From contig CAXXWQ010000003.1 in assembly GCA_963674945.2 (NCBI GenBank), forward strand, positions 704,001 through 768,000: a stretch of DNA of 64,000 nucleotides, in the 5' to 3' direction. This stretch comes from an uncultured Desulfosarcina sp. (lineage in GTDB: Bacteria > Desulfobacterota > Desulfobacteria > Desulfobacterales > Desulfosarcinaceae). This document shows, one piece after another, positions 47,951 to 57,590 of the stretch (positions are counted from its first letter, which is position 1; each line of letters opens with the position of its first letter). The notes under the pieces are model-generated. The model made no database searches, had not been told where the DNA came from, and saw only the letters and a program-made list of their open reading frames with translations. Both the position numbers and the translations under genes were made by a program.

Positions 47951-48189
47951 GGTCGGCTCCTTTCACGGCCCGCCAATCGATGTCTAACGCACAGCATGCC
48001 AAGACCCACTGTTTTTCCTATCATTAAAACCTTGCGGGTCAAAGTAAAACTTATGCAAAAAAATCAGCCTAACCTTTTGCATTTGTTTGAATTGTCTTTT
48101 CCTCCACAGGGTGTACCATCCAACCATGTTTCATAACCGTAAAATAAAACCACAGCATTTTGTTCATTCAGAAAAGGGAGGTTTTTATT

Positions 48190-49620
48190 ATGCCGAAACA
48201 GAAAAAGAGTCTTTACACCATTCTCGGATTGATCCTTGCCACCGCCGTTGCCATGGCCGCAATGGGCACGGTTGCCTCGACGGGCATCGTTGCGTTGCCC
48301 GGTGAAACGGATTTTGGAAATGGGCCTGTCCATCTATCCACGGAATTGGTTCAGGACAAAGTTCTTTTGGGTGGCGATGGCCGGGTGACCGTTGCCCTGG
48401 ATCTGGCCGTATCGGATCTACCCGCGTCCGAAGCTCCCACAGTACCTGCGACAGACCTGGTCATCGTTCTGGACCGCAGCGGCTCGATGGAAGGAGAAAA
48501 GCTGCGCGATGCAAAGCAGGCGGTAGTCGGCATGTTGCACCGGCTGGGGCCTTCCGATCGACTGGCCCTTGTCACCTATGCCAACGATGTACGAACACCG
48601 CTTCCCTTGCTGTCCATGAATGAATACAACCGGGGACGCATGGCATCTGCGGTCACACAGGTCGTATCCGGTGGTGGGACCAATTTGGGTGGCGGTATGA
48701 AGCGGGCGATGGACATTTTGATGACAGTCACGAACCAGGCCCGCCAGCGAAAGATGATCCTCATATCGGACGGTCTTGCCAATCAGGGGATTACCGATCC
48801 CTTGGTACTGGGGCAACTGGCATCCGCTGCCGTCGAGAATCACTTTTCCATCAGTACCATCGGCGTCGGTTTGGACTTTAACGAGATCCTCATGACGGCC
48901 ATCGCCGATCAAGGCGCAGGGCACTATCATTTTCTTGAAAATCCCGAACTGTTTGCATCTGTATTCGAAGCCGAGTTCCTGGCAACCCGGAAGGTGGCCG
49001 CTGCCGACGTTTCCATCCGGGTCCCGGTGTCGTCCGGTGTACAGCTGATCGGCGCAGGCGGTTACCCCATCCGCACTGAAGATGGCGGGGCCGTTTTTTA
49101 TCCAGGAAACCTCTTGTCCGGCCAGCATAGAAAGCTCCACCTGACATTTCGCGTTCCTACGGATGATCAAGGGAAAATCCGCATTCCGAAAATCCGATTG
49201 CAATACCGCCACGGAGACCGAATCGTAAGCATCGCTACCCCTAGTCCAATGGCCGTCGCCTGCGTACCGGATGCTGCATCTGTTGTGGCAAGTATCAACA
49301 AAGCGGCGTGGGCCGATCGGGTGGTGCAAGAGGACTTTAATGAATTAAAGGCGAAGGTTGCCGAGAGGATCCGAAGTGGTGACAGAGAAGGAGCCAAAAA
49401 GGAGATTCGATCGTATATGGGAGAAAAGGCGGCAGCGAATGCCGTGGTCGGCTCCGGGAAAGTGGCCAGAAACCTGGAGGTGGAGGTAAAAGACCTGGGC
49501 CGGCAGGTGGACGAAACCTTCATGGGATCACCCTCGGCGGTTGAACAAAAGCAAAAGCAGATTTCCAAATCAATGCAGCATGAAAGTTATACGACGAGAA
49601 GAAATATTGGCACGAAATAG
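48190..49620 (+). CDS. Exported/anchored von Willebrand factor A domain protein (YfbK-like)
   Basis: GGAGG RBS before MPKQK; N-terminal hydrophobic segment; MIDAS DRSGS, GGTN, SDG. Confidence 0.88.
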   Translation: MPKQKKSLYTILGLILATAVAMAAMGTVASTGIVALPGETDFGNGPVHLSTELVQDKVLLGGDGRVTVALDLAVSDLPASEAPTVPATDLVIVLDRSGSMEGEKLRDAKQAVVGMLHRLGPSDRLALVTYANDVRTPLPLLSMNEYNRGRMASAVTQVVSGGGTNLGGGMKRAMDILMTVTNQARQRKMILISDGLANQGITDPLVLGQLASAAVENHFSISTIGVGLDFNEILMTAIADQGAGHYHFLENPELFASVFEAEFLATRKVAAADVSIRVPVSSGVQLIGAGGYPIRTEDGGAVFYPGNLLSGQHRKLHLTFRVPTDDQGKIRIPKIRLQYRHGDRIVSIATPSPMAVACVPDAASVVASINKAAWADRVVQEDFNELKAKVAERIRSGDREGAKKEIRSYMGEKAAANAVVGSGKVARNLEVEVKDLGRQVDETFMGSPSAVEQKQKQISKSMQHESYTTRRNIGTK

Positions 49621-49742
49621 AAAAAGCGGATGTGGTTTGACCAAACATTGACCGATTCATCAACATTGGCCATGGTGGTGATGGTTTTACCACCAAACCA
49701 CGTTTGCCAAACGGGGCAATTTCATAACAGTGGAGGTACTCC

Positions 49743-50303
49743 ATGGGAATCATTTCCCGAATCCTTCGAATTTGCCGGGCCGACGCACACGGTCTCTTGG
49801 ATCGGATAGAGGACAAAGGGCGGTTGCTGCGACAGTACCTGAGGGAGATGGAGATCTCCCTCGATCAAAAGGCACAGCAGTTGAGGAAGTTGGAAAAACG
49901 CCGAGACCAGTTGTCAAAGGTGATCCTTCATCGTGAAAAACGAATCGGACAGCTAAAAAAGGATCTTCACCTGGCCATAAAAAAGGATCGAGACGACATC
50001 GCCCGGGTACTGATCCGCAAACGCCTTTGCAGCGAAACCGATACCCATGATCTGAAAGAACAGTTGGCAGACATGGATCGCAAGAAATCTGCGCTTTCAC
50101 AAACCCTGACCGAGCAGCGAATCCGATATGCGTCCGTGAAAGCAAAGACAGACACCGATGTTCGGAGTGAAGCCGACGATCTTTTTCAAAGGACAATCAC
50201 GAAGATCGATTCTCTTGCCGGCGCGAATATGCCCGGCAAAGAGGAGATCGAGCTGGAACTTCTCAGAACAAAAGAGAAGCTGTTTGCAGGAGACACCCCA
50301 TGA
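49743..50303 (+). CDS. pspA: PspA/IM30 (ESCRT-III-like) family protein, short form
   Basis: MGIISRI..ADAH.LLD.IED....L.QY.REME, A.....DDIAR, C-terminal EEIELEL. Confidence 0.85.
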   Translation: MGIISRILRICRADAHGLLDRIEDKGRLLRQYLREMEISLDQKAQQLRKLEKRRDQLSKVILHREKRIGQLKKDLHLAIKKDRDDIARVLIRKRLCSETDTHDLKEQLADMDRKKSALSQTLTEQRIRYASVKAKTDTDVRSEADDLFQRTITKIDSLAGANMPGKEEIELELLRTKEKLFAGDTP

Positions 50304-50839
50304 AACAGTGTGCACGAACAACGATTGTCTATGGACTGGTCAGTGCACTGACCGTCATTCCCACAGCCGGCTTGGTCGCCCATTGTACCAGTTGGACCAC
50401 GGCATTGACATTCGTATTGTGGATCGATCTTTTCTTCTACACGATTTTCCTGGCACGGTGGAGCCGAACCCCTTTTTTTTCAATCATCTATCCACTGTTC
50501 CTGTCGTTGGCCACCGCCCTTTGGGCTGACCGCTGCCTGGAATTGATCATCTTCGGCCTGGGGGCGTTTGCCTGGATCAGAGGCGGCATCTGTTTTTGCC
50601 GGACGCCGGTTCGATGCATTCTTGCCGAAACCATCACATTGGTCGGAGGCGCCGGGTTGGTGTTTCTGTTTCGTCCGGAAACGGGCATTGTCCAGGCCAT
50701 GGGCATCTGGCTTTTTTTCCTCGTGCAGGCCCTTTACTTTTTCATCGTACCGATGAATACCGGAAAACAAAGAGATGTTGCGTCCTTGGATCCCTTCGAG
50801 CATGCGTTGCAAAAGGCGAGTCGATTGCTGGCGGAGTAA
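50300..50839 (+). CDS. Hypothetical integral membrane protein (about 5-6 TM)
   Basis: ATGA overlap with pspA; hydrophobic; WLFFLVQALYF, DPFE.A tail. Confidence 0.75.
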   Translation: MKQCARTTIVYGLVSALTVIPTAGLVAHCTSWTTALTFVLWIDLFFYTIFLARWSRTPFFSIIYPLFLSLATALWADRCLELIIFGLGAFAWIRGGICFCRTPVRCILAETITLVGGAGLVFLFRPETGIVQAMGIWLFFLVQALYFFIVPMNTGKQRDVASLDPFEHALQKASRLLAE

Positions 50840-50980
50840 TACTGCATCCGGCAGCGTTTGTGTGACGATTCGGAAATTTTGATGCCATTTCCCATTGAGA
50901 TTCTTTTCGGTTTGCGGTACCGTGCACCGGACGATGGATGAATTCAACGAAAAATCGATAAACCAAAGATCATTTGTATT

Positions 50981-51241
50981 ATGAAAACCGTAACCATGTA
51001 CACCACCACAGTGTGTCCCTATTGCCACAAGGCGAAGAACCTGCTGCAAACCAAAGGCGTGGCAATCCAGGAAATCCCAATCGATTCGGATCCGGCCAAA
51101 GCGGATGAAGCGGTGGAAAGAAGCGGCGGGCGACTCACGGTCCCCCAAATTTTCATCGACGATCTGCACGTGGGCGGCTGCGACGATCTCTACGAACTCG
51201 AAGCCCAGGGAAAACTGGACCAAATGCTGAAAATTTCCTGA
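50981..51241 (+). CDS. grxC: Glutaredoxin 3
   Basis: CPYC, TVPQIFI, HVGGCDDL. Confidence 0.95.
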   Translation: MKTVTMYTTTVCPYCHKAKNLLQTKGVAIQEIPIDSDPAKADEAVERSGGRLTVPQIFIDDLHVGGCDDLYELEAQGKLDQMLKIS

Positions 51242-51508
51242 GCCGATACGGTAATCCCACCAATACACGCTCCATTGACGCCAACCGGCACCCGCAACTG
51301 TTTTGGGTGCACGACCCTTTGCCATTTGTACGTCTTTGCCTCGCATTGCTCGATCATATTCGGCCCGGCAGTTGCGTCGGGAAAGCCTTGACGAAAAATG
51401 TGAAATAGCAGATATTGTCATGAACAAGGAAAATCCGTGAATTGGCGGGAACATGTGGAGGTGATATCCAGGATGTAATTTGTATCAACGAAGGAGATCA
51501 TAAGCACC

Positions 51509-53506
51509 ATGGCCACGATCCGTATACTGATCATTGACGATGAAAAATCGATTCGAGACAGTTTCGGAGCCCACCTGGAAGATCATGGATATGAAATCCT
51601 CACCGCAGAGAATGGCCGGATGGGATTGGCAATGTTTGATTCGGAGCAGCCCGATCTGGTCATCGTCGACTTGCGCATGCCTGAAATCGACGGCATTCGA
51701 GTCTTGGAAACCATCAGCCGACAGTCTCCACAAACCCCACTGATCGTCGCATCGGGAACCGGTATCATCACGGATGCGGTACAAGCCTTGCACAGCGGTG
51801 CCTGGGACTACCTGCTCAAACCCATCGAAGATCTTTCCATACTCACCCATGCCGTGTCGGCGGCCTTGGAGAAAAGCCAGCTAAAAAAAGAGAACTTGGC
51901 CTATAAAGAACACCTGGAGTATCTGGTCGAGGAACGTACCAATGAGTTGGCAGAAGCAAACACCAACCTGAGACAGATTTCAGAAGCCCTTAGACAGAGC
52001 GAATCCCGTCTACAAAAAATTCTGGATACGGTCCCAACGGGAATCATCATCGTCGATGCCGATGAATTCGGGATTGTTTACATTAATCCGGCTGGCGCCA
52101 GGATCGTCGGCACCGATCCGGAGGCAATTGCCGGAAAGGCATTGTGCGATATTCTTTTTCAGTATCATAATGGGAATTTATCCATGATGAACGGCAGACT
52201 GACGGATCAATCCGAACGGCTTCTCCTTAACGTCGACGGCAGGGAGGTTCCGGTGTTGAAGACCACCACCCGGACGCAGCTGCAGGGCCGTCAATGCTAC
52301 GCGGTGAGCTTTATCGATCTCACCGACCAGATCAGCGCCGAGTTGGAAAAGGAGCATTTGGAAAGACAGTTGCGTCAAGCACAGAAAATGGAAGCATTGG
52401 GAACACTCGCCAGCGGGATCGCCCATGATTTTAACAATATTCTGAGCGCCGTGTTAGGGTATTCGGAATTGGGGCTGAAGGATATCAATGACACGCAGCA
52501 TCCACTCTATCCGAAATTGAAAGCCATCAACCATGCTGGACATCGGGCCAAAGACCTGGTGGAACAGATCCTGGCATTCAGTCGCATGCAGGAACAATTG
52601 TATCGATCGGTGAAGGTGTCTGCGATCGTAGAAGAGGTCCTCAAACTGCTGCAGTCCTCCTTGCCCGCCAACATCCAGGTCAAGGCGTCCATCGACACGG
52701 AAAAATCGGTATTGGGTGACCCCACACAAATCCATCAAATCATTATGAATCTGTGTACCAATGCCTTTCATTCCATGCAATCGTCGGGGGGGACGTTACA
52801 AATCACATTGAATGAGGTCACCGTCGATGAATCAGAGTCCGCCATTGCCATGCATCTGCCACCGGGCGAGTTTCTACGACTTGATGTATCGGATACGGGG
52901 ATGGGTATCAGTCCGACCATCATTGATCGAATCTTCGAGCCCTATTTTACGACCAAAGACAAGGACAAAGGCACCGGATTGGGGCTGGCTGTGGTACATG
53001 GGATCGTAAAACGAAACGGCGGTGAGATTTCCGTTGAGAGCCAACCCGGAAAGGGATCACGGTTTACCGTTTATCTTCCCGTGGCCGAGGACGAAATGGA
53101 AAAAATGGGTGACGATCACGTCATCTTGCCCCGGGGAACGCAACACGTGCTATTGGTGGACGACGAGAAGGATCTGGTGCAAATCGGAAAAGAGATGCTC
53201 GAACATCTGGGGTATCGGGTCACCGGTATTATCGGCAGCACGGTAGCCATGGAAGCATTTAAAGAGGATCCCTTTCGTTTCGACATTGTCGTTACCGACT
53301 ATAACATGCCGGGGTTGACGGGAGACCAACTGGCCAAACAGATGATGGCGATTCGCAAAGAAATTCCCATCATCGTATGTACCGGTTTTTCCGAGTTGTT
53401 TGGACAGAAAAGAGCCAAAGCAATGGGTATACGGCAAACGCTGATGAAACCACTGACAATGGAAGCCCTATCCGTCGCCGTTCACGATGCGCTACAGCCG
53501 GCATGA
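51509..53506 (+). CDS. Cytoplasmic hybrid histidine kinase (REC-PAS-HisKA-HATPase-REC)
   Basis: DLRMP, AHDFNNIL, NLCTNA, PYFTTK..GTGLGL, TDYNMP. Confidence 0.93.
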   Translation: MATIRILIIDDEKSIRDSFGAHLEDHGYEILTAENGRMGLAMFDSEQPDLVIVDLRMPEIDGIRVLETISRQSPQTPLIVASGTGIITDAVQALHSGAWDYLLKPIEDLSILTHAVSAALEKSQLKKENLAYKEHLEYLVEERTNELAEANTNLRQISEALRQSESRLQKILDTVPTGIIIVDADEFGIVYINPAGARIVGTDPEAIAGKALCDILFQYHNGNLSMMNGRLTDQSERLLLNVDGREVPVLKTTTRTQLQGRQCYAVSFIDLTDQISAELEKEHLERQLRQAQKMEALGTLASGIAHDFNNILSAVLGYSELGLKDINDTQHPLYPKLKAINHAGHRAKDLVEQILAFSRMQEQLYRSVKVSAIVEEVLKLLQSSLPANIQVKASIDTEKSVLGDPTQIHQIIMNLCTNAFHSMQSSGGTLQITLNEVTVDESESAIAMHLPPGEFLRLDVSDTGMGISPTIIDRIFEPYFTTKDKDKGTGLGLAVVHGIVKRNGGEISVESQPGKGSRFTVYLPVAEDEMEKMGDDHVILPRGTQHVLLVDDEKDLVQIGKEMLEHLGYRVTGIIGSTVAMEAFKEDPFRFDIVVTDYNMPGLTGDQLAKQMMAIRKEIPIIVCTGFSELFGQKRAKAMGIRQTLMKPLTMEALSVAVHDALQPA

Positions 53507-53517
53507 TCCAATCTCTT

Positions 53518-53691
53518 ATAATGTCTATCCAGAAATAGAAAAATTTGGTCGAGATCAAGGCGCGCGAAAAATTTTACCACAGGTGCCCCGAAGGAAATGC
53601 CCTTGGGGCGCATATAGTTGATATTCCGAGGATAAAATTTTTCGTGCAACACGGATATCGGGCAAATTGGCCATTTCTGGATGGGCACTAT
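53518..53691. repeat. MITE/REP-like palindromic element, copy A
   Basis: Terminal IR ATAATGTCTATCCAGAAAT / ATTTCTGGATGGGCACTAT; internal motifs shared with 62051-62194. Confidence 0.7.
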
Positions 53692-55521
53692 CTATGCGGA
53701 CGTCGGAATATTCCGCCGCGACTTCATCTCGTCCACCTGCTGATTGTAGAAGGAAATCACCTCTCTGCGGTTCAACATTCCCAGCAAAATGCCGTGGTCA
53801 TCGTCTCGAACGACCGGCAGACTGTCGATGTTTCGCGTGGTGAATTTTTTGAGGACGGAATTGAGATCTTCTTCAGGGGTCGTGAGAATGATTTCGGAGG
53901 TTCCCACATCCTTCATGACCACGAGTTGTTCAATTTCAGGAGAGAACAATACGCCACGAATGTCGTTGATGGAAAAGATCCCCACAAACCGCTTTTCATC
54001 ATCCATGACGGGAAAGTAATGCTGTTTGGTTTCGGAAAAATAGCGTTTGAATTCGAGAAATGGCATATCCTGGGGTATGGGGGTGACCTTTTTCACCAGC
54101 GGCATGAGATCTTCTACTCGGATGGCCTGGAGGATATCGACGAAGAAATCGCCGGCATGGGCGGGGGAATCCACCTTGCTCTTCACCTGCAGGTTGTAAA
54201 TGGTCCAACGTCGGGAAGCCATGAAGGCGACCGAGCAGACCAAGAGGCTGGGCAAGAGCAGATGGTAGGAGTTGGTCATCTCGCTGACGAAGATAATGGT
54301 GGAAATCGGGGTGTTGGAGACCGCGGTGAAAAAACCGGCCATGCCAACGACGACGAAGGCGCCGGGTTGGGTCACGACCGACGGCATGATCGCATGGAAA
54401 AACTGCCCCACCACGCCGCCCATGGCCCCACCAATGACGATGGAGGGGCCGAAGACGCCGCCACTGCCGCCGGAGCCAATGGAAAACGAGGTGGTCAGAA
54501 TTTTCCCGATAGCCAAAGAGAGCAGAAAAGGGATGGCCAGTTCATTGTTGATGGCCATCTGGGCGAAGCCATAGCCGAAAGCAAGGGTGTGGGGCAAAAA
54601 AAAGCCGACGATACCGGTCATCAGACCGCCGATGGCGGGTTTGATATGATTGGGAATCTTTCGCAAGGATCCGAAAATGTGAACGGTTCCGTAAAAGGCT
54701 TTTATGTAGAAGACGCCGGTTCCCACGAGTACCAGGGCCAATACCAGGTAGGGACCCAATTCCAAGGGGTTCTGAAAATTAAATGGCGGAGAGTTAAAAA
54801 GCGATCCCCAGCCGAAAACGAGACAAAAGGTGCAATATGCCACCACCGATGAGATACCAGCCGGTATGATCACTTCGGATTCGAACTCGGGATCACGATA
54901 GAGCACTTCAGCGGCGAAGAGTGCGCCGGCGAGGGGAGCACGAAAGATACTGCCCACGCCGGCACCGATGCCCGCCGCCATCATGATCCGACGTTCACGA
55001 TCGGAGAGTTTCAAGGTGCTGGCCAGAAAGGAACCAAAACCGGCGCCGATCTGCGCGATGGGTCCCTCTCTCCCCCCCGAACCACCGGTGGTCAGGGTAA
55101 TGGCCGAGGCGATGGTCTTGACAATGGGAACCCTGCCGCGGATGAACCCCCCTTTGTGGTGAAAGGCATTGATTGCCGCATCGGTTCCATGCCCCTCCGC
55201 CTCAGGTGCGAAGGTGTACACGATCCAGCCGCTGAAAATACCCCCCATCGCCGGCAAGAGCAACAATACCCACCGATTGAATACTGTGGATGTGGGCGGC
55301 AGCAGATGGTGTTCACCGGCCGGAGGCGGGGGGCGGTACCCGGCGGCCATGTCGAGAAAAAAGTGAACACCCAATTGACAAAGGTAATGAAAGAGAACGG
55401 AACCTAATCCTGCAATGAGACCGATGGCGATGAAATAAAAGGACCACCGGGTTGCCTGGGCCACATTCAAGTCCTTATGGAGACGGGCAAGTCTCTTTTG
55501 CTTTGTTTCATTCTGCGGCAT
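53692..55521 (-). CDS. ClC family chloride channel/transporter with CBS domains
   Basis: EAEGHGTD, GGREGP (gating Glu), GGVFGP, tandem CBS. Confidence 0.93.
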   Translation of the reverse strand: MPQNETKQKRLARLHKDLNVAQATRWSFYFIAIGLIAGLGSVLFHYLCQLGVHFFLDMAAGYRPPPPAGEHHLLPPTSTVFNRWVLLLLPAMGGIFSGWIVYTFAPEAEGHGTDAAINAFHHKGGFIRGRVPIVKTIASAITLTTGGSGGREGPIAQIGAGFGSFLASTLKLSDRERRIMMAAGIGAGVGSIFRAPLAGALFAAEVLYRDPEFESEVIIPAGISSVVAYCTFCLVFGWGSLFNSPPFNFQNPLELGPYLVLALVLVGTGVFYIKAFYGTVHIFGSLRKIPNHIKPAIGGLMTGIVGFFLPHTLAFGYGFAQMAINNELAIPFLLSLAIGKILTTSFSIGSGGSGGVFGPSIVIGGAMGGVVGQFFHAIMPSVVTQPGAFVVVGMAGFFTAVSNTPISTIIFVSEMTNSYHLLLPSLLVCSVAFMASRRWTIYNLQVKSKVDSPAHAGDFFVDILQAIRVEDLMPLVKKVTPIPQDMPFLEFKRYFSETKQHYFPVMDDEKRFVGIFSINDIRGVLFSPEIEQLVVMKDVGTSEIILTTPEEDLNSVLKKFTTRNIDSLPVVRDDDHGILLGMLNRREVISFYNQQVDEMKSRRNIPTSA

Positions 55522-55524
55522 CTT

Positions 55525-56841
55525 CTATTGCACTTTTTCCAGGTCTTTCACTCCTTGAAAGATGGTGTCAAAAAGTTGTTCCACATCCTTTTCATCCATA
55601 CAGGAAAAGGCGATGCGAAGATTCGATTCTCCCAATGAGATCAAGCCAACACCGTAACGATTCAACAAATGGACCCGAAGCTCTTCGGCATCTACGGTTT
55701 TTAGACGAATACACATGAAATAGCCGGAGTTGAACGGATAGACCGTCCACGCATCGGCATACTTCGCATCATGGGAGACGGCCTTTACCCGTTCGGCCCT
55801 CGCTTTGAGGATGGTAAACTTCTGCTCTTTTTCCGTTAGGTGCGTGGGACTCTCCAAGGCACGCAACAAAAGAGTCTGACTCAAATGGGAGGCGTTGGAG
55901 ATGGTGCCGCGGATGCATCCGGCAGTCTTTCTCTCCAGCGCATCGTAAATGGACATGGCATCACCATCAAAGGACCCACCGTACGTAATGAATCCGAGCC
56001 GCAGCCCCCAGACGAACTCTTCTTTGGTGGCACCATCCAGTTTGATGGCCAGGATTCCGGGATGTGCGCCACATAAACGGGCAAAGATCGACTCTTTCAT
56101 GGTCTCGGATTCATAAAACAGCCCGAAGTAGGCATCATCGGCAATGGCCAGAACATAGGTACCCGAGGCGGCGACATCGGTAAGGATTTTGACGATGCCG
56201 TCCGCTTCTCCTTCGGTGATGGTGTAGCCGGATGGATTCTGCGGGAAATTAAGCAGCACGGTGATCTTGCGATGCTCTGAAGCCTCCTGTTTGACCGCCT
56301 GGGCAAAGGCGGCAAGATTGAACCGGCCATCATCCGTGAACAACTCATAATGCCGTATATTGGCATCCTTGCGAAGGGAAAAGATCATATTGTAGTTGCC
56401 CCACATCATGCTGGGCATGATGATCACGTCGCCCGGACGCGTCCAGACGTCTGCCACGGTTGCGATACCATGGGTAATACCGCAAGTGACCACCGGAAGG
56501 CTGATCGCCTTGCCGGCCAAAGAAGGATTTTTTCCCTGAATCTCGGCCTGCCATTTTTTTCGAAGGGCAAGCACGCCGAAAGAGGGAGCGTAGGTCAAAG
56601 ACTCGTTGGGCGCAATGGCATTGATGCCGGCCATCACGCTGTCCAGATACATGGTGTTTTTGCCTTCTGTGGCGATGCCGATGGTTGCGTTGATGGCATG
56701 GGCCTTCTCTTTTGCTTCCGCGCCCTGGCTCAAGATGCCTTTGGGAAAAAAGAGTTTCTTCCCCACATCGGAAAGCATGTCGTAAACATGGGGTGCCTGT
56801 GCCTTGATCGTTTGATTGAGTTGTTCGGCCAATACGTTCAT
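55525..56841 (-). CDS. Class I/II PLP-dependent aminotransferase
   Basis: NATIG, NFPQNPSGY, DDAY, DGATKE..WGLRLG, PFNSGYF. Confidence 0.9.
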   Translation of the reverse strand: MNVLAEQLNQTIKAQAPHVYDMLSDVGKKLFFPKGILSQGAEAKEKAHAINATIGIATEGKNTMYLDSVMAGINAIAPNESLTYAPSFGVLALRKKWQAEIQGKNPSLAGKAISLPVVTCGITHGIATVADVWTRPGDVIIMPSMMWGNYNMIFSLRKDANIRHYELFTDDGRFNLAAFAQAVKQEASEHRKITVLLNFPQNPSGYTITEGEADGIVKILTDVAASGTYVLAIADDAYFGLFYESETMKESIFARLCGAHPGILAIKLDGATKEEFVWGLRLGFITYGGSFDGDAMSIYDALERKTAGCIRGTISNASHLSQTLLLRALESPTHLTEKEQKFTILKARAERVKAVSHDAKYADAWTVYPFNSGYFMCIRLKTVDAEELRVHLLNRYGVGLISLGESNLRIAFSCMDEKDVEQLFDTIFQGVKDLEKVQ

Positions 56842-57118
56842 GATCGTTTATCCTAAACATGATGCGCCGGTCGCCGCCCGGCAATCGGTTGGGGTTTTCC
56901 CTTGTTCGCGCCCCATCGCAATAACGACGATAGCGGTCGGAACGGGTACATGGAATAAGGTCAAATGGAACAGCACCCTTTCATATTCGGTGCTCGGGCA
57001 AGTAAAACTAACTACTTCTTGAAAAGAAAAAAAGTCAAGGATAAAGCACTTGAAAACAAGAGGATGGAATCCATCCCGATTTCATTCCCCCTAAATTTGT
57101 CAGAAGAAGCCGCAAATG

Positions 57119-57156
57119 GAAAAAACCCCGCCGCATGATTGGGCGGCGGGGTTTCC
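57119..57156 (-). terminator. Intrinsic terminator after the PxxKW gene
   Basis: CCCCGCCGC..GCGGCGGGG stem followed by U run on minus strand. Confidence 0.8.
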
Positions 57157-57185
57157 AAAAAAGGGGAAGACAGTAACAGGGCGGA

Positions 57186-57464
57186 CTACTTCCTGGAACG
57201 TTTGGAAGCCTTGAGTGGATTGATTTTCTGGTTCTTTTCAGCCATGCTGGAACTGACGTGGGTGGCGAGATTGCAGTTGCCGTTTTTCCACTTTGAGGTG
57301 GGCTCAGGACATGCGGTACAATACCAGCCGGACGAAATCTCGATGGTCCGATCGCATCCTTTGCACTGTTCCACGATTTCATAGCATACACCGCCATTGT
57401 ATCCGCAGCCATTGGCTGTCATAAAGGCACACTCCATGCCTTCGCGAACCGTTGTACATTTCAT
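57186..57464 (-). CDS. PxxKW family cysteine-rich protein
   Basis: GGAGG RBS; Cys-rich pattern, PTSKW..GNCNLATH, KINPLKASKR. Confidence 0.88.
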   Translation of the reverse strand: MKCTTVREGMECAFMTANGCGYNGGVCYEIVEQCKGCDRTIEISSGWYCTACPEPTSKWKNGNCNLATHVSSSMAEKNQKINPLKASKRSRK

Positions 57465-57590
57465 GAATAATACCTCCCGATAGTTGATCTGGACACGCGA
57501 CAAAGGAAAAGGCCAAAGCATGAAGTCTCTTCGGCCTTTTCTAAAACCGACTAAAAATATAAGTCACTATGTGGAATGTCAAGAACTTTT

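Noticed and set aside
47985..48003. Sigma54 promoter for the OmpR-type regulator (TGGCATGCTGTGC)
   Set aside because: GG-GC spacing is 2 nt too short
48418..51454. 303-aa and 324-aa minus-strand ORFs
   Set aside because: Overlap the VWA, membrane-protein and grxC genes on the opposite strand; no motifs
53545..54852. 435-aa + strand ORF
   Set aside because: Antisense to the ClC gene and starts inside a repeat element
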